Below, piece by piece: positions 1 through 8,741 of a DNA stretch of 64,000 nt. The position numbers were made by a program, and so were the translations under genes. This stretch comes from Alphaproteobacteria bacterium (GTDB lineage: Bacteria; Pseudomonadota; Alphaproteobacteria; UBA828): the NCBI GenBank assembly GCA_965243375.1, contig CBDEUT010000004.1, forward strand, positions 234,276-298,275, given 5' to 3'. The notes under the pieces were generated by a model, which did not search any database, was not told where the DNA came from, and saw only the letters and a program-made list of their open reading frames with translations. The stretch's first letter is position 1. Each line of letters starts with the position of its first letter.

Positions 1-1
1 C

Positions 2-100
2 ATCCTGTCCGCACGCGTGCTCACCGGGCAGATGATCGCGCTCGACAGCGGTCAGCACCTCGGCTGGGCGATGCCGCAGGGGAAAGAAATCCTCGAATGA
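2..100 (+). CDS. C-terminal fragment of an SDR-type oxidoreductase (gene starts upstream of window)
   Basis: Open frame from the window edge reads ILSARVLTGQMIALDSGQHLGWAMPQGKEILE-stop, resembling the C-terminal segment of short-chain dehydrogenases. The TGA at 98-100 overlaps the folB ATG (ATGA). Confidence 0.45.
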   Translation: MLSARVLTGQMIALDSGQHLGWAMPQGKEILE

Positions 101-489
101 GCGCGAAATCTCCACCGCCGGCGGAGCCCGCGGCCGCAGAGCGCTGCCTGCTGATCCGCGACCTTGTCGTGCCCTGCCGGATCGGGGTTCACGAGCACGA
201 GCGCCACGGCACGCAACGGGTGCGAATCAACGTTCGTGCGCAGGTTGCGGACGACGAAGGGCCGATCGAGGACAGCATCGCCAACGTCGTCTCCTACGAG
301 ACCGTGGTGGACGGCATTCGCGCCATCATCGCCGGCGGCCATATCAACCTGGTGGAGACCCTGGCCGACCGCATCGTCGAGCTCTGCCTCGCCAACCGTC
401 GCGTGCTCAGCGTGTGGGTGCGGGTCGAGAAGCTCGACCTCTACCCGGATGCGGGCGGCGTGGGCGTCGAGGTGGAGCGGAGCCGCTAA
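97..489 (+). CDS. folB: dihydroneopterin aldolase
   Basis: 130-aa ORF. LLIRDLVVPCRIGVHEHERHGTQRVRINV...VVSYETVVDGI...LVETLADRI fits the FolB family pattern. Confidence 0.85.
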   Translation: MSAKSPPPAEPAAAERCLLIRDLVVPCRIGVHEHERHGTQRVRINVRAQVADDEGPIEDSIANVVSYETVVDGIRAIIAGGHINLVETLADRIVELCLANRRVLSVWVRVEKLDLYPDAGGVGVEVERSR

Positions 490-565
490 CGCGATTTCCG
501 ACCGGACGGGATCGAATTCGATTGTTACGCGGTGCCCCCTTGCGCGTGCAGTGCGGTCCGGAAAG

Positions 566-610
566 CCCCCACCTCACCCCGGCCCTCTCCGCCCCCAGGG
601 GCAGAGAGGG
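566..610. repeat. GC-rich palindromic intergenic (REP-like) element, left part (interrupted by IS)
   Basis: Hairpin CCCTCTCCGCCCCCAGGGGCAGAGAGGG at 583-610. It is preceded by CCCCCACCTCACCCC, which is near-complementary to GGGGGAGGTGGGGAG at 2032-2046 on the far side of the IS. Confidence 0.6.
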
Positions 611-1967
611 CATATGCGCTAACTTGTTTGACATTGTTCCATGAAGTATTCGGCGATCTGGAGCAGGCGCCGTCGAGGTGGTTCGGAGAGGGACTTGGAG
701 ATCTGGTTCCATTCGTCGATCGCCTGTGCAAGCGGCAGATGGGGTTCGATGGCGCGCGCGACCTGGTTGAGCATGAATCTGAAGTCACGCCAGGCGCTGT
801 GCGGCCGGCGCCGCCTCCAAGCTGTACCCCCAGGGGGAAACGGAGGTGGCGTGGCGGATCAGTTTTTCCACCAGCAGCGCCACCAGGAGTTTGCCGTAGA
901 GCCACGCCTTGGCGCTGTCGTCGTCGTGCTTGGGCAGATGCCCCAGCTGTGCCAGCGACTTGAAGCGCTTGAAGACCAACTCGACCTGCCAGCGGGTGCG
1001 ATACCACTCGAGAACCTCGGCGGCAGTGAAGGTCGCTTCCGGGAAGGTCGTGAACACGATGACGTAGCGCGCAAACTCCAGGGTTCGCGGCTGAACCTGC
1101 TTGCCCTTGCGCCCGGCCTCCTTGCGCAGCTTGCGCTGCGCGCGCCTGATGGCTTCCTGCGTCTTTCCGATCGCACACACCCGCCCCGGCACCGCGATGC
1201 CATCGCCCACCGCCAGCACGGGCCAGGACCGTACCGTGCCGACGCGCTTCAGCGTCGTGACCTGCGCAAGCAGGTCGAACGGCGCGCCGTCGCGCGTGCG
1301 AAGCGACAGCACCCCGGTGTTCACGCGCACCGTGACATGACCGCCTGCGGACACCACATGGTGCAAGCCCGCAGCGGTCGAGTAGGCCCGGTCGGCGAGC
1401 ACATGGTCGCCCGCGCCGATCGGGAACTGCGCGAACGCCTCGCCCGTGCCCCGGCCCTCCGTCGCCGTCAGCTTGAAGAAGTCGCACGCCAGCGAGGGAA
1501 GCCGCACGCTGTAGTGCAGGCGCCACAGCGAACCGGTCCTGCCCGGCTCCTTCACCGTCGTCGCGTCGAACACCCTGACCTGGAACCCGCCGGCCGCCAA
1601 CAGCGCGACCCCCTGTTCGCGAAACAGCGCGACGCACAACGCCTGCAGCCAGTCCGCCGACTTCCTCAGCCGCTTCATCAAGGCCACGTCGGACAGATCG
1701 GCCAGCTTCGCCTGCCTGGCCCGCACCACGGTCTCGCGCAGCGAGTGTCCGCAGGCCAGATGCAGCAACAGCGTGCGCAGCAGGGCGTCGGGCGACTTGT
1801 CCTTGCGCAGACCCTTCAAGGCGCCGGTCTCCCGTGCCAGCTCGCGCCAGCCCTCGGGCAGAAACGACGACACCACATCCCAGTCCTCGTCCATCCGCCG
1901 ATTCTCCCCGTAGCACGAATGGACCCAAAATACGGAGCGCCAACATGAAAAACAAGTTAGCGCTAAT
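611..1967 (-). mobile_element. IS4-family insertion sequence (~1.36 kb) with imperfect terminal inverted repeats and a 12-bp target duplication
   Basis: GCGCTAACTTGTTT (616-629) and its reverse complement AAACAAGTTAGCGC (1950-1963) sit at the ends. The identical 12-mer GGGCAGAGAGGG flanks them at 599-610 and 1968-1979. A single transposase ORF lies inside. Confidence 0.8.
785..1894 (-). CDS. IS4-family DDE transposase
   Basis: ORF 785..1996 trimmed to the ATG at 1894 (MDEDWDVVSSFLPEGW...). The C-terminal YRTRWQVELVFKRFK matches the Y-x2-R-x3-E-x6-K signature of IS4-type transposases. Candidate DDE context ADRAYS. Confidence 0.85.
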   Translation of the reverse strand: MDEDWDVVSSFLPEGWRELARETGALKGLRKDKSPDALLRTLLLHLACGHSLRETVVRARQAKLADLSDVALMKRLRKSADWLQALCVALFREQGVALLAAGGFQVRVFDATTVKEPGRTGSLWRLHYSVRLPSLACDFFKLTATEGRGTGEAFAQFPIGAGDHVLADRAYSTAAGLHHVVSAGGHVTVRVNTGVLSLRTRDGAPFDLLAQVTTLKRVGTVRSWPVLAVGDGIAVPGRVCAIGKTQEAIRRAQRKLRKEAGRKGKQVQPRTLEFARYVIVFTTFPEATFTAAEVLEWYRTRWQVELVFKRFKSLAQLGHLPKHDDDSAKAWLYGKLLVALLVEKLIRHATSVSPWGYSLEAAPAAQRLA

Positions 1968-2046
1968 GGGCAGAGAGGGAGAGTAGGCGGCGCCACCTAC
2001 GTTCCCCCTCCGCCTTCGGGGGAGGGGGACAGGGGGAGGTGGGGAG
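1968..2046. repeat. GC-rich palindromic intergenic (REP-like) element, right part
   Basis: Second hairpin TTCCCCCTCCGCCTTCGGGGGAGGGGGA (2002-2029), followed by the GGGGGAGGTGGGGAG arm. Confidence 0.55.
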
Positions 2047-2085
2047 CGTTCGGGTCAAGGTGATCCCGTGCGGTCGGATACTGCG

Positions 2086-2970
2086 CTAACCCAGCACGCG
2101 GCCGGCGACGGCGTCGAGGCGCTTCGCCATCGCCGGGTCTCGGGCCTCGGGCGCCGTGATCACGGCGTTCTCGAGCGCCCGGTCGCAGCCTGCGGCGCAG
2201 GGCTCGCGGCGGGCGGCGAGCGCTTCTCCCAGCGCCGCGACCAGGCGGCGGGCGGCTGCGGCGTTCTCCTGCAACGTGCGCACGATCGCTTCGACCGTGA
2301 CCGCGGCGCGGTCCGGGTGCCAGCAGTCGTAGTCGGTGACCATGGCGACGGTCGCGTAGCAAATCTCCGCCTCGCGGGCGAGCTTGGCCTCCGGCATGTT
2401 GGTCATGCCGATCACCGCGCAGCCCCACTGACGATAGAGCTCCGATTCGGCGACGGTGGAGAACTGCGGCCCTTCCATCGCGAGGTAGGTGCCGCCGCGC
2501 ACGATACCGAGGCCGAGGCTCCCGGCCGCTGCCAGCAGGTGGCCCCCGAGGCGCGGGCACACGGGCTCGGCCATGGAGACATGGGCCGCGAGGCCGGCGC
2601 CGAAAAAGCTCTTCTCGCGCGCGAAGGTGCGGTCGACGAACTGGTCGACGAGCACGAAGTCGCCGGGCGCGATGTCCTCTCGCAGGCTGCCCACCGCGCT
2701 CAGCGAAACGATGTCGGTCACGCCCGTGCGCTTCAGCGCATCGATGTTGGCGCGGTAGTCGACCGCGCCGGGCGGCAGCGGGTGGCCGCGGCCGTGGCGC
2801 GGCAGGAACACCATCTCGGTGCCCGCGAGACGGCCGAGCATGAGGGAGTCCGACGGCGTGCCGAAGGGCGAGCGGACGTCGATCCGCTCGACCTCGCTCA
2901 GTCCTTCGATCTCGTAGAGGCCGCTACCGCCGATGACGCCGAGGCGGACCGGGGTGGACTGGTCGGCCAC
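2086..2970 (-). CDS. mtnP: S-methyl-5'-thioadenosine phosphorylase
   Basis: 294 aa, GTG start. VRLGVIGGSGLY...FLPRHGRGH...GMTNMPEAKLAREAEICYATVAMVTDYDCW is the MTAP/purine nucleoside phosphorylase pattern. Confidence 0.85.
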   Translation of the reverse strand: MADQSTPVRLGVIGGSGLYEIEGLSEVERIDVRSPFGTPSDSLMLGRLAGTEMVFLPRHGRGHPLPPGAVDYRANIDALKRTGVTDIVSLSAVGSLREDIAPGDFVLVDQFVDRTFAREKSFFGAGLAAHVSMAEPVCPRLGGHLLAAAGSLGLGIVRGGTYLAMEGPQFSTVAESELYRQWGCAVIGMTNMPEAKLAREAEICYATVAMVTDYDCWHPDRAAVTVEAIVRTLQENAAAARRLVAALGEALAARREPCAAGCDRALENAVITAPEARDPAMAKRLDAVAGRVLG

Positions 2971-2979
2971 GGACGCGCG

Positions 2980-3648
2980 CTAGTCGATGTGGCGTGCGAG
3001 GTGGGCGAGGGATCGATCGCGTGCCAGCGCAGCGGCTTCGGGGTGGTAGTCGGCCCGCCGGTCGCAGTTGAAGCCGTGGCCGGCACCCTGGTAGACGTGA
3101 ACCGTGACGTCCGGGTGGGTCGTCGTGATCTCGTCCACGTCCGCCATCGGGATGCCCGCGTCCTCGGTGCCGAAGTGGAGCATCGTCGGGCAGGCCGGTG
3201 TCTCGCCCACGAACTCGATGATCTGGCCGCCGTAGTAGCCGACCGCCGCGTCGATCTCCAGCCGGCAGGCGGCAAGCCAGGCGAGCGAGCCGCCCCAGCA
3301 ATAGCCGACCACGACCACCTTCGGTGCGCCTTCCAGCGCATCGACGCCGGCCTTGATGTCCATGACCGGGCCTTCCCAACCGATATCGGCCTTGTGCGCA
3401 CGGCCCTCGTCGACCGTCTCGGCGCTGTAGCCGAGCTCGATCCCCGGCTCCTTGCGGTCGAACAGGCACGGCGCAAGGACGAGGAAACCCTGGGCCGCGT
3501 AGTCGTCGCAGACGCCTCTGATGTGGCCGTTGACGCCGAAGATCTCCTGCACGAGCACGAGGCCCGCGCGCGGCTCGCCATCGGGCGCAGCACGGTAAGC
3601 GTTGAGTACGTGACCATCGTCCGCAGTCAGCTGGACAACTGCGCCCAT
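2980..3648 (-). CDS. dienelactone hydrolase family protein
   Basis: ORF trimmed to the ATG at 3648, which has an upstream GGGAGG. VLVQEIFGVNGHIR..., nucleophile motif GYCWGG, and C-terminal GAGHGF. Confidence 0.8.
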   Translation of the reverse strand: MGAVVQLTADDGHVLNAYRAAPDGEPRAGLVLVQEIFGVNGHIRGVCDDYAAQGFLVLAPCLFDRKEPGIELGYSAETVDEGRAHKADIGWEGPVMDIKAGVDALEGAPKVVVVGYCWGGSLAWLAACRLEIDAAVGYYGGQIIEFVGETPACPTMLHFGTEDAGIPMADVDEITTTHPDVTVHVYQGAGHGFNCDRRADYHPEAAALARDRSLAHLARHID

Positions 3649-3746
3649 CGGGGGTGCCTCCCTGATCCTCCATTGCCTCGCGCTTATCCGCGCGCTGGAA
3701 CTCCACATAGCAGAAGGGGCATGGCTGCGCCACTCGTAGGCGGGGC

Positions 3747-4015
3747 TAGCCCGCCCTTCTCACCAGGGTCACGGCCTGCGTCGCGCTCAGGCGTTCGATC
3801 CGCCAGGAGCGGGCCGAAAAGCGTATCAGGGAATACGGTTGAGGCCCGCGACGCCGCGGGCGGGCGCCTGGGCGCGACCCGAAGGGCGGCGCTCTCCGGC
3901 CGACAGCGTGCGTCACGGCGCTTCCCCGATGCACCACATCGCGGTGCGCGCCGTTCCTGCTCTGCCGGCCGGACAGCGCCGCGCAGACCATGACCCTGGT
4001 GAGAAGGGCGGGCTA
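3747..4015. mobile_element. MITE-like element or long palindrome with perfect 25-bp terminal inverted repeats
   Basis: TAGCCCGCCCTTCTCACCAGGGTCA at 3747-3771 and its exact reverse complement at 3991-4015. Imperfect complementarity continues about 15 bp inward. The interior has no convincing coding frame. The ychF TAG stop (4013-4015) lies inside the right repeat. Confidence 0.6.
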
Positions 4016-5116
4016 AACATTGAAGCGGAAGTGCATGACATCGCCGTCCCGCACCACGTAGGCGCGGCCCTCCTGGCGCATGCGTCCGGCGCTGCGGGCG
4101 GCCTGCTCGCCGCCGAGCGCGATCAGCTCGTCGGCCGCGATGGTCTCGGCGCAGATGAAGCCGCGCGCGAAATCGGTGTGGATGCGGCCGGCCGCCTCGA
4201 CCGCCGTGCTGCCCGCCGGAACAGGCCAGGCGCGCGCCTCGGTCTCGGTGGCGGTGAGGAAGCGGATCAGGCCGAGCAGGCTGTGCCCGGCGTGGATCAC
4301 GCGGTCGAGGCCGGGCGCCCCGAGCCCCAGGGCTTCAACAAAGTCACTCTTCTCCGCCGGGTCTTCGAGCAGGGCGATCTCGGCTTCGAGCGCGGCCGAG
4401 ACCACGACCTGCTCCGCGCTGGCGGCGTTGGCATGGGCGGCGACGGCCTGGCTCATCCCGTTGCCGGTCGCAGCGCACGCCTCGTCGACGTTGCTGACGT
4501 AGAGCACCGGCTTGGCGCTGAGCAGGTTGAGGGCCGAGAATTCGCGCTTGGCCGTCTCATCGGGCAGGTCCGGGGCGCGCGCCGGGCGTCCGCTCTCGAG
4601 CAGGGCGAGCGCCGGCTCGATCGCCGCGAGCCGATCCTTCGCCTCCTTGTCGCCGCCGCGCGCGCGCTTGATCGCACCTTCGCGCTGCCGCTCCAGACTC
4701 TCCAGGTCGGCCAGCATGAGCTCGGTCTCGATCAGCTCGATGTCGTGCAGTGGATCGACCGCGCCGGGGCTGTGCGTCACCCGATCGTCCTCGAAGCAGC
4801 GAACCAGGTGGAGCAAGGCATCGACCTCGCGCACGTGACCCAGGAAGCGATTGCCGAGTCCCTCGCCTTTGCTGGCGCCTTCGACGAGGCCGGCGATATC
4901 CACCACCTCCAGCACGCTCGCCACGACCTTGCGCGAGCCGGCGAGGCGCGCGACCTCGTGGAGCGCAGGGTCCGGCACCGGCGCGCGCCCCACGTTGGGC
5001 TCGACGGTGCAGAAGGGGTAGTTGCCGACCTCGGCCGCGCCGCTTGCGACCAGCGCGTTGAAGAGCGTGGACTTGCCCACATTGGGCAGGCCCACAATGC
5101 CGCACCTAAACCCCAC
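4013..5116 (-). CDS. ychF: redox-regulated ribosome-binding ATPase YchF
   Basis: 367 aa, GTG start, P-loop GIVGLPNVGKSTLFNAL, conserved C-terminal TGS-like end DGDVMHFRFNV. Conserved position downstream of pth. Confidence 0.9.
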   Translation of the reverse strand: MGFRCGIVGLPNVGKSTLFNALVASGAAEVGNYPFCTVEPNVGRAPVPDPALHEVARLAGSRKVVASVLEVVDIAGLVEGASKGEGLGNRFLGHVREVDALLHLVRCFEDDRVTHSPGAVDPLHDIELIETELMLADLESLERQREGAIKRARGGDKEAKDRLAAIEPALALLESGRPARAPDLPDETAKREFSALNLLSAKPVLYVSNVDEACAATGNGMSQAVAAHANAASAEQVVVSAALEAEIALLEDPAEKSDFVEALGLGAPGLDRVIHAGHSLLGLIRFLTATETEARAWPVPAGSTAVEAAGRIHTDFARGFICAETIAADELIALGGEQAARSAGRMRQEGRAYVVRDGDVMHFRFNV

Positions 5117-5828
5117 CCGCTGGTCCCGGAGGTGTTTCGCCGCCTGCCTGCGCCGGGCTCGATCCCGGTGGCGGAGCGAGGAGCGCGACCCGGCTCATGA
5201 AGGCGCCGGCGTCGCCCGCCGTGAGCAGCGGGAAGGCATCGACGATGGCGTCGAGGGCCGGGTCGAGCCAGGTGCGGTCCGACGCGCCGAAGCTGGAGAG
5301 CACGTGGCCGGTCATCCGGTCGCGATCGCCGGGGTGGCCGATGCCGATCCGCACCCGCCAGAAGTCGGCGCCGATGTGGGCGCGGATGCTCCTGAGCCCG
5401 TTGTGGCCGGCGACCCCGCCGCCGCACTTGGCCCGCACCTTGCCGGAGGCGAGATCGACCTCGTCGTGCAGGACGATGACGGCCGCCGGCTCCAGGCGGT
5501 GGAAGCGCATGGCGGCGCCTACCGCGCGGCCCGATTCGTTCATGTAGGTCTGGGGCTTGAGCGCGACGATGCGGGCATCGCCCACGCGCCCCTCCGCGAT
5601 CTCGCCCTGGAAGCGCGTGCGCCGCTTGAACGCGCCGAAGCCATGCGCCGCTGCCAGCGCGTCGAGCGCCATGAAGCCCACGTTGTGACGATGCCGGACG
5701 GCATCGGCGCCGGGATTGCCGAGGCCGACCAGCAGGCGGGTGGGGGCGCCCCCCTGGGAGGCGCGGGAGCGGCGGAAGATGCCCGTGTTAAGAGTCCTCG
5801 CCTTCCTCGGCCGGTGTCGCCTCGGCAT
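5106..5828 (-). CDS. pth: peptidyl-tRNA hydrolase (start uncertain)
   Basis: LLVGLGNPG...HNVGF...GGVAGHNGLRS motifs. The only in-frame ATG/GTG/TTG upstream of the conserved core is the ATG at 5828, which overlaps rplY by 41 nt. A shorter product starting near 5735 (CTG) is possible. Confidence 0.8.
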   Translation of the reverse strand: MPRRHRPRKARTLNTGIFRRSRASQGGAPTRLLVGLGNPGADAVRHRHNVGFMALDALAAAHGFGAFKRRTRFQGEIAEGRVGDARIVALKPQTYMNESGRAVGAAMRFHRLEPAAVIVLHDEVDLASGKVRAKCGGGVAGHNGLRSIRAHIGADFWRVRIGIGHPGDRDRMTGHVLSSFGASDRTWLDPALDAIVDAFPLLTAGDAGAFMSRVALLAPPPGSSPAQAGGETPPGPAGGV

Positions 5829-6474
5829 CCTCTTCCGTAACCTCTGCGCCTTCCTCCTCCTCGCCTTCCTCGCCCTCTTCCTCGTCGACCGGCTCGACGA
5901 TGACCGTGGGCGCGGCGATGGTGGCGACGGTGAAGTCGCGGTCGGTGATGGTGGGCGTCACGCCCTCCGGAAGCTCGATGTGGCTGATGTGGATGCTGTC
6001 GCCGATCTCGCATCCGGCGACGTCGGCCACGAGAAACTCGGGGATCGCTTCGAGCGGGCACATCAGCTCGACCTCGTGGCGCACGATGTTGAGCACGCCG
6101 CCGCGCTTCAAGCCTTCGCACTCCTCCTGGCCGTCGAAGCGGACCTCGACCGAGACGGCGAGCGTCGCACCGGCGACGTAGCGGATGAAGTCGATATGGA
6201 TCGGCGCGTCGGTGACCGGGTCGACCTGAACGTCACGGGGCAATACGCGAATCATGGCGCCGTTGATCTTGAGGTCGTAGAGGCGGGCGAAGAAGCCCCG
6301 TCGCCCGATCTCGCGCTCCACCACATTGTAGTCGAGCGAGACGGAGAGCGGATCCGCGCCGCCGCCGTAGACGATGGCCGGCGTGCGGCCCTCGCGCCTG
6401 AGCGCCCGCGCGCCTCCCTTGCCGCGCGGCTCGCGCGGCTGTGCTTCGATGGTTGCCTGGTCACTCATGGTCAT
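5788..6474 (-). CDS. rplY: 50S ribosomal protein L25/general stress protein Ctc
   Basis: RGKGGARALRREGRTPAIVYGGG... N-terminus is typical of L25/Ctc. It carries a long acidic C-terminal tail. Conserved position between prs and pth. Confidence 0.9.
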   Translation of the reverse strand: MTMSDQATIEAQPREPRGKGGARALRREGRTPAIVYGGGADPLSVSLDYNVVEREIGRRGFFARLYDLKINGAMIRVLPRDVQVDPVTDAPIHIDFIRYVAGATLAVSVEVRFDGQEECEGLKRGGVLNIVRHEVELMCPLEAIPEFLVADVAGCEIGDSIHISHIELPEGVTPTITDRDFTVATIAAPTVIVEPVDEEEGEEGEEEEGAEVTEEDAEATPAEEGEDS

Positions 6475-6501
6475 GCGTCTCCGGTATTCTGGTCGCGCGC
6501 G

Positions 6502-7434
6502 TCAATCGAAGAGGCTCGAAACCGAAGTCTCCGAGCTGATGCGGAGAATCGATTCGGCCATCAACGGCGCGATCGGGAGCACGCGGATATTGCCCGCGCT
6601 CTCCACGGCTTCGGTGGTCTGAATGGTGTCCGTCACGACCAGCGACTCGAGCTGCGACGACGAGACCCGCGCCACCGCCTCGCCCGAGAGCACCGCGTGA
6701 GAGACATAGCCGTGGACCGCCTTCGCGCCCGCCTCCCTGAGCGCCGCCGCTGCGTTGCAGAGGGTCCCGGCCGAATCGACGATATCGTCCACGATGATGC
6801 AGCGCCGTCCCTCGACGTCGCCGATGATGTTCATGACCTCCGATTGGCCCGCACGCTCGCGCCGCTTGTCGACGATCGAGAGATCGGCATCGAAGCGCTT
6901 GGCCATGGCCCGCGCCCGCAGCACGCCGCCCACATCGGGCGAGACGAACATCAGCGGCTCGTTGTTGTAGTTCAGCCTGATGTCGTCGACCATCACCGGC
7001 GCCGCGTAGAGATTGTCCACAGGGATGTCGAAGAAGCCCTGAATCTGGCCGGCGTGCAGGTCGAGCGTGAGCACCCGGTTGGCGCCGCTCGCCTCGATCA
7101 GGTTGGCGACCAGCTTGGCGGAGATCGGCGTGCGCGGCGACGATTTCCGGTCCTGCCGTGCGTAGCCGAAATAGGGAACCACCGCAGTCACCCGCTGTGC
7201 CGAGGCGCGCTTCAGGGCATCGAGGCAGATCAGCAGCTCCATCAGGTTGTCGTTGGCCGGTGTCGACGTCGACTGAATCAGGAACACATCCTCGCCGCGC
7301 ACGTTCTCCTGGATCTCCACGAATATCTCGGAATCGGAGAAGCGGCGGATGGTGGCTCGAGTGAGACCGATGCCGAGGACCGACGAGATCGCCTCAGCCA
7401 GCGGCCGGTTGCTGTTGCCGGCAACGAGCTTCAT
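6502..7434 (-). CDS. prs: ribose-phosphate pyrophosphokinase
   Basis: ORF trimmed to MKLVAGNSN (ATG at 7434). [18 protein letters not shown] and PRPP-binding [12 protein letters not shown] motifs. Confidence 0.9.
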   Translation of the reverse strand: MKLVAGNSNRPLAEAISSVLGIGLTRATIRRFSDSEIFVEIQENVRGEDVFLIQSTSTPANDNLMELLICLDALKRASAQRVTAVVPYFGYARQDRKSSPRTPISAKLVANLIEASGANRVLTLDLHAGQIQGFFDIPVDNLYAAPVMVDDIRLNYNNEPLMFVSPDVGGVLRARAMAKRFDADLSIVDKRRERAGQSEVMNIIGDVEGRRCIIVDDIVDSAGTLCNAAAALREAGAKAVHGYVSHAVLSGEAVARVSSSQLESLVVTDTIQTTEAVESAGNIRVLPIAPLMAESILRISSETSVSSLFD

Positions 7435-7541
7435 CGATGACGGTTCCCTGGAGCGTGGGGTGGGATGAGTCCTGCCGAGCCGCGCCACAGGCGCCGACGG
7501 CGCGCGGACTGTATCAATCCGACCCTGCCCTGTAAACGCCG

Positions 7542-8663
7542 TTACCGAACCGTGACGGAGACGGCGATCGGTGCCTCGACCAGCACCGACGGCGCCTGCG
7601 GCGCCTCGGGCTCAGGCTTGACGTGTGGCCTGGGTCGCGTCCTGGCGAGCAGTGAGAGTGGCGGCTCGACCGACGCCGCAGCCAGCTTGCCGGACGCTTG
7701 GATCGACAGGGAAAGCGGGGCTTGGGTCGGCGCACGGGTCGGCAGTTCCGCAAGGGCCCTTTGCCGCTGCGCCTCGACGATTCGGCGGACGGCCGGTTGC
7801 TCGAGCAGTTGCGCGATGCCCGGCGCACCGGCACGGGCAACGAGCCGCGGCAAGATGCCCCACGTACCGGCCAGTTGGTGGGCGCCGACCCGGTTGCTCT
7901 GGGTGATGGTGCCGAGCCTCGTGCCGTCGGGATGCAGCACGTCCCAGGTAATCGTGACGGTCGCGCTGTCCGCAACGGCGTGGTCTCGCGCGACCGAGAC
8001 CCAGCCCTGCAGCGTCAGCATCCCGTCCTCGGGAGCGTCGACGACAGCGACGCCCACGCGGGCGAGGGAATGCCGCATGGCGCGGGCGAGCGCGATCCCG
8101 CCGTCGCCGGGGGCACCGCGAACGGTCTCGACGGCCACAGGCACTTGGGGCGGGCGGCTCGGGTCCTGGGCTGCCGGCGGCTTCAGCACCGCAGCGACTC
8201 GCCCGGCGGCCCGCGCCGCGATCGCCTTCAGATCGTCCTCCGACTGCCCGATGGACGGCGCATCGAGCCTCGGCTCTTCGAAACGGAGCGCGGTTTCGCC
8301 GTCGGGCCCGATCAACGTCCATCTCAGCTTGCCTGCGGCGATCGAGACGTGCCCGGCCAGCACGATGCTGCCGCGGCCGCCGGCGTGGGCGCTGGCCGGT
8401 ATATCCCGCAGCTGCAGCGCCTCCACGACCTCCTCCACAAGCGCCCTCGACCGGTCTGCAGGCAGGCCCCCGATGGGAGGCACCACGATGCTGCCCCAGG
8501 CGACGTCTCCGGGAGCGGACCACGCCTGCGTGCTCTTGTCGGCCGGCTGGAAGGGGCGGGGCAGGTCGCCGCAGGCTGCCAGCACCACGCACAGGATCAG
8601 GCAGAGCGCGAGCGGCATCGCGCTCCGCTGACAGCGGGAGGCCGCGCCGCGCCGGTGCCTCAC
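7542..8663 (-). CDS. putative lipoprotein of unknown function with an internally duplicated domain
   Basis: GTG start at 8663 gives a basic n-region followed by [13 protein letters not shown], a lipobox (LAAC). Alternative ATG at 8618. Two similar segments (...[22 protein letters not shown]... and ...[11 protein letters not shown]...[12 protein letters not shown]...). No family recognised. Confidence 0.6.
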   Translation of the reverse strand: MRHRRGAASRCQRSAMPLALCLILCVVLAACGDLPRPFQPADKSTQAWSAPGDVAWGSIVVPPIGGLPADRSRALVEEVVEALQLRDIPASAHAGGRGSIVLAGHVSIAAGKLRWTLIGPDGETALRFEEPRLDAPSIGQSEDDLKAIAARAAGRVAAVLKPPAAQDPSRPPQVPVAVETVRGAPGDGGIALARAMRHSLARVGVAVVDAPEDGMLTLQGWVSVARDHAVADSATVTITWDVLHPDGTRLGTITQSNRVGAHQLAGTWGILPRLVARAGAPGIAQLLEQPAVRRIVEAQRQRALAELPTRAPTQAPLSLSIQASGKLAAASVEPPLSLLARTRPRPHVKPEPEAPQAPSVLVEAPIAVSVTVR

Positions 8664-8740
8664 GGGCTCGCCATCGTCAGGGCGCAGCTCGCCACCATGC
8701 CGACGAAGAGGAGAACGCCGAAGATGATCACGTACGGCAT
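8660..8740 (-). CDS. candidate 26-aa hydrophobic micropeptide with a lipobox-like VASC
   Basis: My translation: [26 protein letters not shown]-stop. The ATG sits 1 nt after the pgeF stop (TGACATG). Its TGA overlaps the GTG of the downstream lipoprotein gene (GTGA). No clear Shine-Dalgarno. Below the ORF-track size cutoff. Confidence 0.25.
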   Translation of the reverse strand: MPYVIIFGVLLFVGMVASCALTMASP

Positions 8741-8741
8741 G

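Noticed and set aside
525-1955. 476-aa and 435-aa ORFs (525-1955 minus, 641-1948 plus) inside the first IS
   Set aside because: The 785-1894 frame carries the IS4 YREK signature. The other two are overlapping shadow frames.
2068-3993. 641-aa plus-strand ORF spanning the mtnP and dienelactone hydrolase loci
   Set aside because: It is antisense to two well-supported genes. The Ala/Arg/Gly-rich low-complexity translation is typical of shadow frames in high-GC DNA.
5788-5900. Poly-acidic C-terminal tail of L25/Ctc (EEEGEEGEEEEGAEVTEEDAE...) as a possible fusion or repeat expansion
   Set aside because: Acidic C-terminal extensions are common in Ctc-type L25 proteins. There is no separate domain or frame change.
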